Assembly (NCBI GenBank): GCA_009602735.1
Contig: WELA01000694.1
Span: 98,306-136,507, forward strand
Length of the DNA stretch: 38,202 nucleotides
From: Mesotaenium endlicherianum
Taxonomy: Eukaryota
Reading direction: 5' to 3'
Shown here piece by piece: positions 34,282-38,202 of the stretch. The notes under the pieces are model-generated. The model had not been told where the DNA came from. It did not search any database and saw only the letters and a list, made by a program, of their open reading frames with translations. The position numbers were made by a program, and so were the translations under genes. The stretch's first letter is position 1; each line of letters opens with the position of its first letter.

Positions 34282-35667
34282 ATGGAGCTTCCCGATGACA
34301 TCCTGCTGCGCATTCTGCAGCTGGCCGCTTCCGGCGGCGAGCTGCCACGTGGCGACGTGATGTGCGTATGTCAGAAGTGGAGGCGGCTCCTGTGCGCCAG
34401 CTACCAGCTCGCGCGCCTCGTACACCTGGCGCCAGGCGAGGGCGCCGCCCTCGCCACGCTGCATTCGTACCCGAGCGTGACACATGTCCAGCTGGGCGGG
34501 GACTGCCCCGCGCCGGAGGACTGGGGTGGGCTCCTGCGAACGCTCGCCACAGAGGGCGCGCCCCTGTTGACCTCCGTTGACTTCGCGCTGGACCACAGGA
34601 GGGAGGTGCTGGAGGACTTTGCCTTCTTCCTCTCCCAGAGGACACGCCTGCAGTGCCTGCAGCTCAGGTTCCCCAACGAGTACTTCTCCATTTACAATGC
34701 GCCCGAGCACTCCTGGCAGGCGATGCACGCCGACCTGGAGGCGCTCGACTTCGGGGCCCTCCCACATCTCGAGTTTGTGACGCTCGACCTGACTTGCCTG
34801 TACAACGATTACGGCGGCGTCTACCGGCCCGACAACGGCTGCTGCGTGCCCCTCAGCAGGACACTCGTCACTCGGCAGCAGCAGCAGCAGAAGCCGCCCT
34901 CGCAGCTGAAGGCGTTCCACCTCCTGCTGTCGAGCGAGGCCCAGACGCAGGTCCTGCCGCCATGGCTGAGTGAGCTGCAGCCCTTCTCCAGCCTGTCGAT
35001 GATCTGCAGCGACCACACCACCCCCGGCTCGGTGCCCGTCTGCTACTCCTCCGAGAACCGCAGCCTCTTCCGCTCGTTGGCGGCCATGGCCACGCTGCAG
35101 GAGCTCTCGCTGCATGTCTACGCCAGGGCGTTTGGCGCGGACGAGCTGGCGGCGATGGCGGAGCTGCCGTCGCTCACGGCGCTCCACCTGTGGCTCCACG
35201 ACAGGCCCCTGCCGCAGCTCACGCGCGCCCTCCCGCGCCTCAAGGGCCTCTCCCTCAACGTGCTGCTGCGGGGGGGTGCGCCCCAGGGCCCTGCGCCCCC
35301 GCCTGACGCATTCTTTGCGTTCACACCCAACCTGCGCGTTCTGGAGCTCCGCTCGATCCTCCCCATGACCTGGCCCCCTCTCGCGTCGCTCACGGAGCTC
35401 GAGCACATCATCATAGACGTGGTGGAGCCCCGCTTGGAGCCGGAGCCGGAGCCTGAGCCTGGGGGCGGGAGCCAGCCCTCCCCCTGCTCTCTCTGCCATG
35501 TGGCCGGTCTGCCGGCGTTGCGGCACGTGGAGCTTGCCAGCTGCGAGCTGTTGCCCTTCGTGAGCGGCCTGTCCAGCGTCAGCGTCGCGACAGCTGTCAC
35601 TGTTCTCTGCCAGTGTCCTGGGGGGCGGAATTGCGCCTACGAGGCAGAAGTCCTGCAGAGCTTGTGA
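34282..35667 (+). CDS. F-box protein with LRR/RNI-like C-terminal region, apparently intronless
   Basis: N-terminal MELPDDILLRILQLA...VMCVCQKWRRLL fits the F-box pattern. Repeated LxxLxL segments follow (LQCLQL, LQELSL, LTALHL, LKGLSL, LRVLEL, LRHVEL). GC3-rich codons, ACCATGG start context. Confidence 0.82.
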   Translation: MELPDDILLRILQLAASGGELPRGDVMCVCQKWRRLLCASYQLARLVHLAPGEGAALATLHSYPSVTHVQLGGDCPAPEDWGGLLRTLATEGAPLLTSVDFALDHRREVLEDFAFFLSQRTRLQCLQLRFPNEYFSIYNAPEHSWQAMHADLEALDFGALPHLEFVTLDLTCLYNDYGGVYRPDNGCCVPLSRTLVTRQQQQQKPPSQLKAFHLLLSSEAQTQVLPPWLSELQPFSSLSMICSDHTTPGSVPVCYSSENRSLFRSLAAMATLQELSLHVYARAFGADELAAMAELPSLTALHLWLHDRPLPQLTRALPRLKGLSLNVLLRGGAPQGPAPPPDAFFAFTPNLRVLELRSILPMTWPPLASLTELEHIIIDVVEPRLEPEPEPEPGGGSQPSPCSLCHVAGLPALRHVELASCELLPFVSGLSSVSVATAVTVLCQCPGGRNCAYEAEVLQSL

Positions 35668-38202
35668 GGGCGGCGTGCCAGCAGCTGCCAGGTGGCAGGA
35701 GTAGGCAGCTGGCTCAAGGCACCAGATGTTGGGTGGCGCCAGCAGCCACGCAGTGACCGGCATCCCTGGGGGGGCAGTATGGGAGAGTGGTGTGCAGAGG
35801 AGGCAGCTCCCTGCAAGTTTGAGCAAAAGAACGAAGTAGACTCACTTTAGCTAGGCCCAGCTAAGTAGACATACCTCACACTGGCTCTGCAGAAGCAGCC
35901 ATGCGCATATTGATGATGCATGTACGGTGAATATAATGTGTGTGCATAAGGATGACGTTGAAGTACTTGCCCCTAGAGATGTAGCTAGATCTTTAGCAGT
36001 TGCTGTGCTGCGTGTGAATGCATCTCTCTATACAGTGGTTCTAGCCACGGTGTTAGAAGGGGGAATACATTCACGTGCATGCAGTCCTTTGTGTCTATCT
36101 GCAGTAGTTTACATAGGTGCAGGTTTGAGTGCACAAGAAGGAGGGTTGTTGTTCGATTGCATTGAGTGACGCCAATAGTGCGGTTTTGCTTCGTCTTAAT
36201 TGCATGAAGTTTTTTAAAGGATATCTGAAGGTCAAGCTATCACACGAACATGACATGCATGACTGCGTGCTCCTCAAAACAATGACGATCTTCGACCACC
36301 AAAGTATATGAAAAATGAGTCAGGTTGAATGAGCGACGAGTTTATAGTGCAGCGCGGCCACAAGACAGGTGTGCATATTTTGCCCAACTCCACGCGCACT
36401 GCAGATTTTTTTGACGAATGATCCAGGACAAGTGCTCATGTGTACTTGGAGCGTACTTGCAAACATACACTTGCTTTGCAAGCATCAAGTGCATTGAGAC
36501 AGAAAAAATAATGTGACGTCGGCTGATGTGTGACTTCTTCATATCCAGAATACATTGCCCCCCCTAAACCATGTTTTGAAGCTGCACTTTAGTTAAGAGC
36601 ATCGTTGTGATAGATCAAACACGCGGTGCAAAAGCAACTAAAAATGATTTTGTCACCTAGTAAATGTAGACGAGCATGCACTCATTTGCACTGATGCTGA
36701 AGCTGATATAACATACATAAAATCCAAGCAAAATCGCATAGTAGAGTAGATTCTAAGTAGGCATTAAGATGCAGTACTCCCTAGCAAGTTTATATGATGA
36801 ATCGACAACAGGCTCTCCTATGTGCATAATACACTACTACCATCAAGTAAATATCAAGCTAAGAGAATAGGAGTTTATGCGTCGTGGTGTCACAAAGCTC
36901 CCCTCCGGCCAGAAATACCAACTGAGAGGCAGGATAATGTTCCTTCTAAAAAACCTGCAGACGGAGAGCACGTTACTTACATTTTTTTGGACGAGATGGA
37001 AAGGGCCTGATAGCCGTCGTCACACTAAGGCATGTGGAACTGAATGCCACAACCACAACAATTGTGGTCTCGGACATGAGGAAGACAAGAGCCCAAGGGG
37101 AGAAACGCTGGACGCAGAAAATGATCTGCAAGCGTCAGATCCCTTGATCACAGATCCCTGCATGCTTTTGAAAGAATATCATTCATTCCACACATTTGGC
37201 AGGCCGACATGCGCCCTTGCCAGCATATCCAACGGGAAACACCAGAAGATGAACGCACTAATTGAGAAATATTATCGGTTGCCATTCTCACAATGCGTGC
37301 CTGGCAAAACGATCACCCTCGGCAGCAAGCCAAGGCGAGCGAGCAGGCAACTCTGTCTAGACTTCTGTTTGACCGATACTTGACAGAAGTTTTCAGCCTG
37401 CGCATTACACACGTCGGGGTGTGCGTGTAGAGAGCATACTGCTCATAAAGTACGCAGTGTTTGAGTGATTGGGAATAGTATCAATCTACTGCGATGAAGT
37501 TGCCATACGATTGAGCATCTGGCTGATGGTTTGGACCTCAGCCAATACGGTAGACCTCTCGTCATGGGCCAACTGGCGCCCAAACGCTTGGTGAAACTTG
37601 TCCGGGTGCCTGTTCCTCACACACACACAAGCACACACAAAACACACACGTCAACGTACGACCAGAGATGTGCCGCCAACTGGCAGCATGGGAGGCAACC
37701 ACTGCTGTCTCGTGCCTCTGGTCCAGGACACGCTGCGGCTTCAAGACACTAGAGCGGGCAGCACTCCCAGTCACACGCTGAGATGAAACAGCGCGACCTG
37801 CAGGGGGTCATAGAGCCCCACGGCAGGCATACACGCTCCACCTGGCAGCACCTGCTGAGACGTATCCACCCACCGGAAGCTTTCTACGAAGTGACTGGCC
37901 GCTGCGGCTGAGGCCTGGCTCATTCTGTGACGTGGCCTTCTCCCCCTCGTTTTGGTACCCATTCTCGAGGCGGGCATGGATGGCAGAGCACACAAAACAG
38001 GCAAAGCTGGAGAGAGAGAGAGAAGGGAGGGGAGGGGACACCGCCGAGAAGCTATGTCTAGTAGAAGCCATGGGCCAAACCGGGCGGGGCCAGGAGCAGG
38101 ACCGAGAAGGCGAAAGAGTGGTCTGCGCGGCGGCCATTCCAGAGGAGGGAGGAGCACGTCCAGAGTGAAGGAGCACAACTTTGGGGCTTTTTGGGGGGGG
38201 GG

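Noticed and set aside
34183..35826. 547-aa minus-strand ORF
   Set aside because: Antisense shadow of the GC3-rich F-box ORF; no recognisable motif.
35900..38202. ORFs 36877-37383 and 37771-38178
   Set aside because: No recognisable motif; cannot be supported without transcript or homology data.
1..38202. CRISPR array or prokaryotic operon/defence system
   Set aside because: No repeat-spacer array or operon structure; the DNA is eukaryotic with spliceosomal introns.

Overview
Eukaryotic, intron-containing DNA, most plausibly a streptophyte (a TBL gene, a DUF1639-type domain and a plant-type tRNA-Trp are present); the species cannot be assigned from sequence alone. The left ~17 kb is a nest of LTR retrotransposons, much of it resolvable to the base from TG...CA ends, PBS/PPT sites and 5-bp target-site duplications (TSDs). 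It holds four copies of a ~720-bp LTR (family A), a complete non-coding 6.1-kb element (B), two further solo LTRs, a decayed chromodomain-bearing Ty3/gypsy pol and an internally deleted piggyBac-like transposon. Removing the nested insertions reassembles a ~590-codon extra ORF of unknown family, in sense orientation between a post-pol spacer and the PPT/3' LTR of a family-A element. This is the most novel-looking item. The right ~21 kb is gene space: a spliced low-complexity DUF1639-like gene (+), a multi-exon TBL/PC-esterase polysaccharide O-acetyltransferase (-), a possible Helitron 3' end, tRNA-Trp(CCA), a ~1-kb N gap, and an intronless F-box/LRR-like ORF preceded by an 11-bp telo-box-like tandem repeat. 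All alignments and identities were judged by eye.
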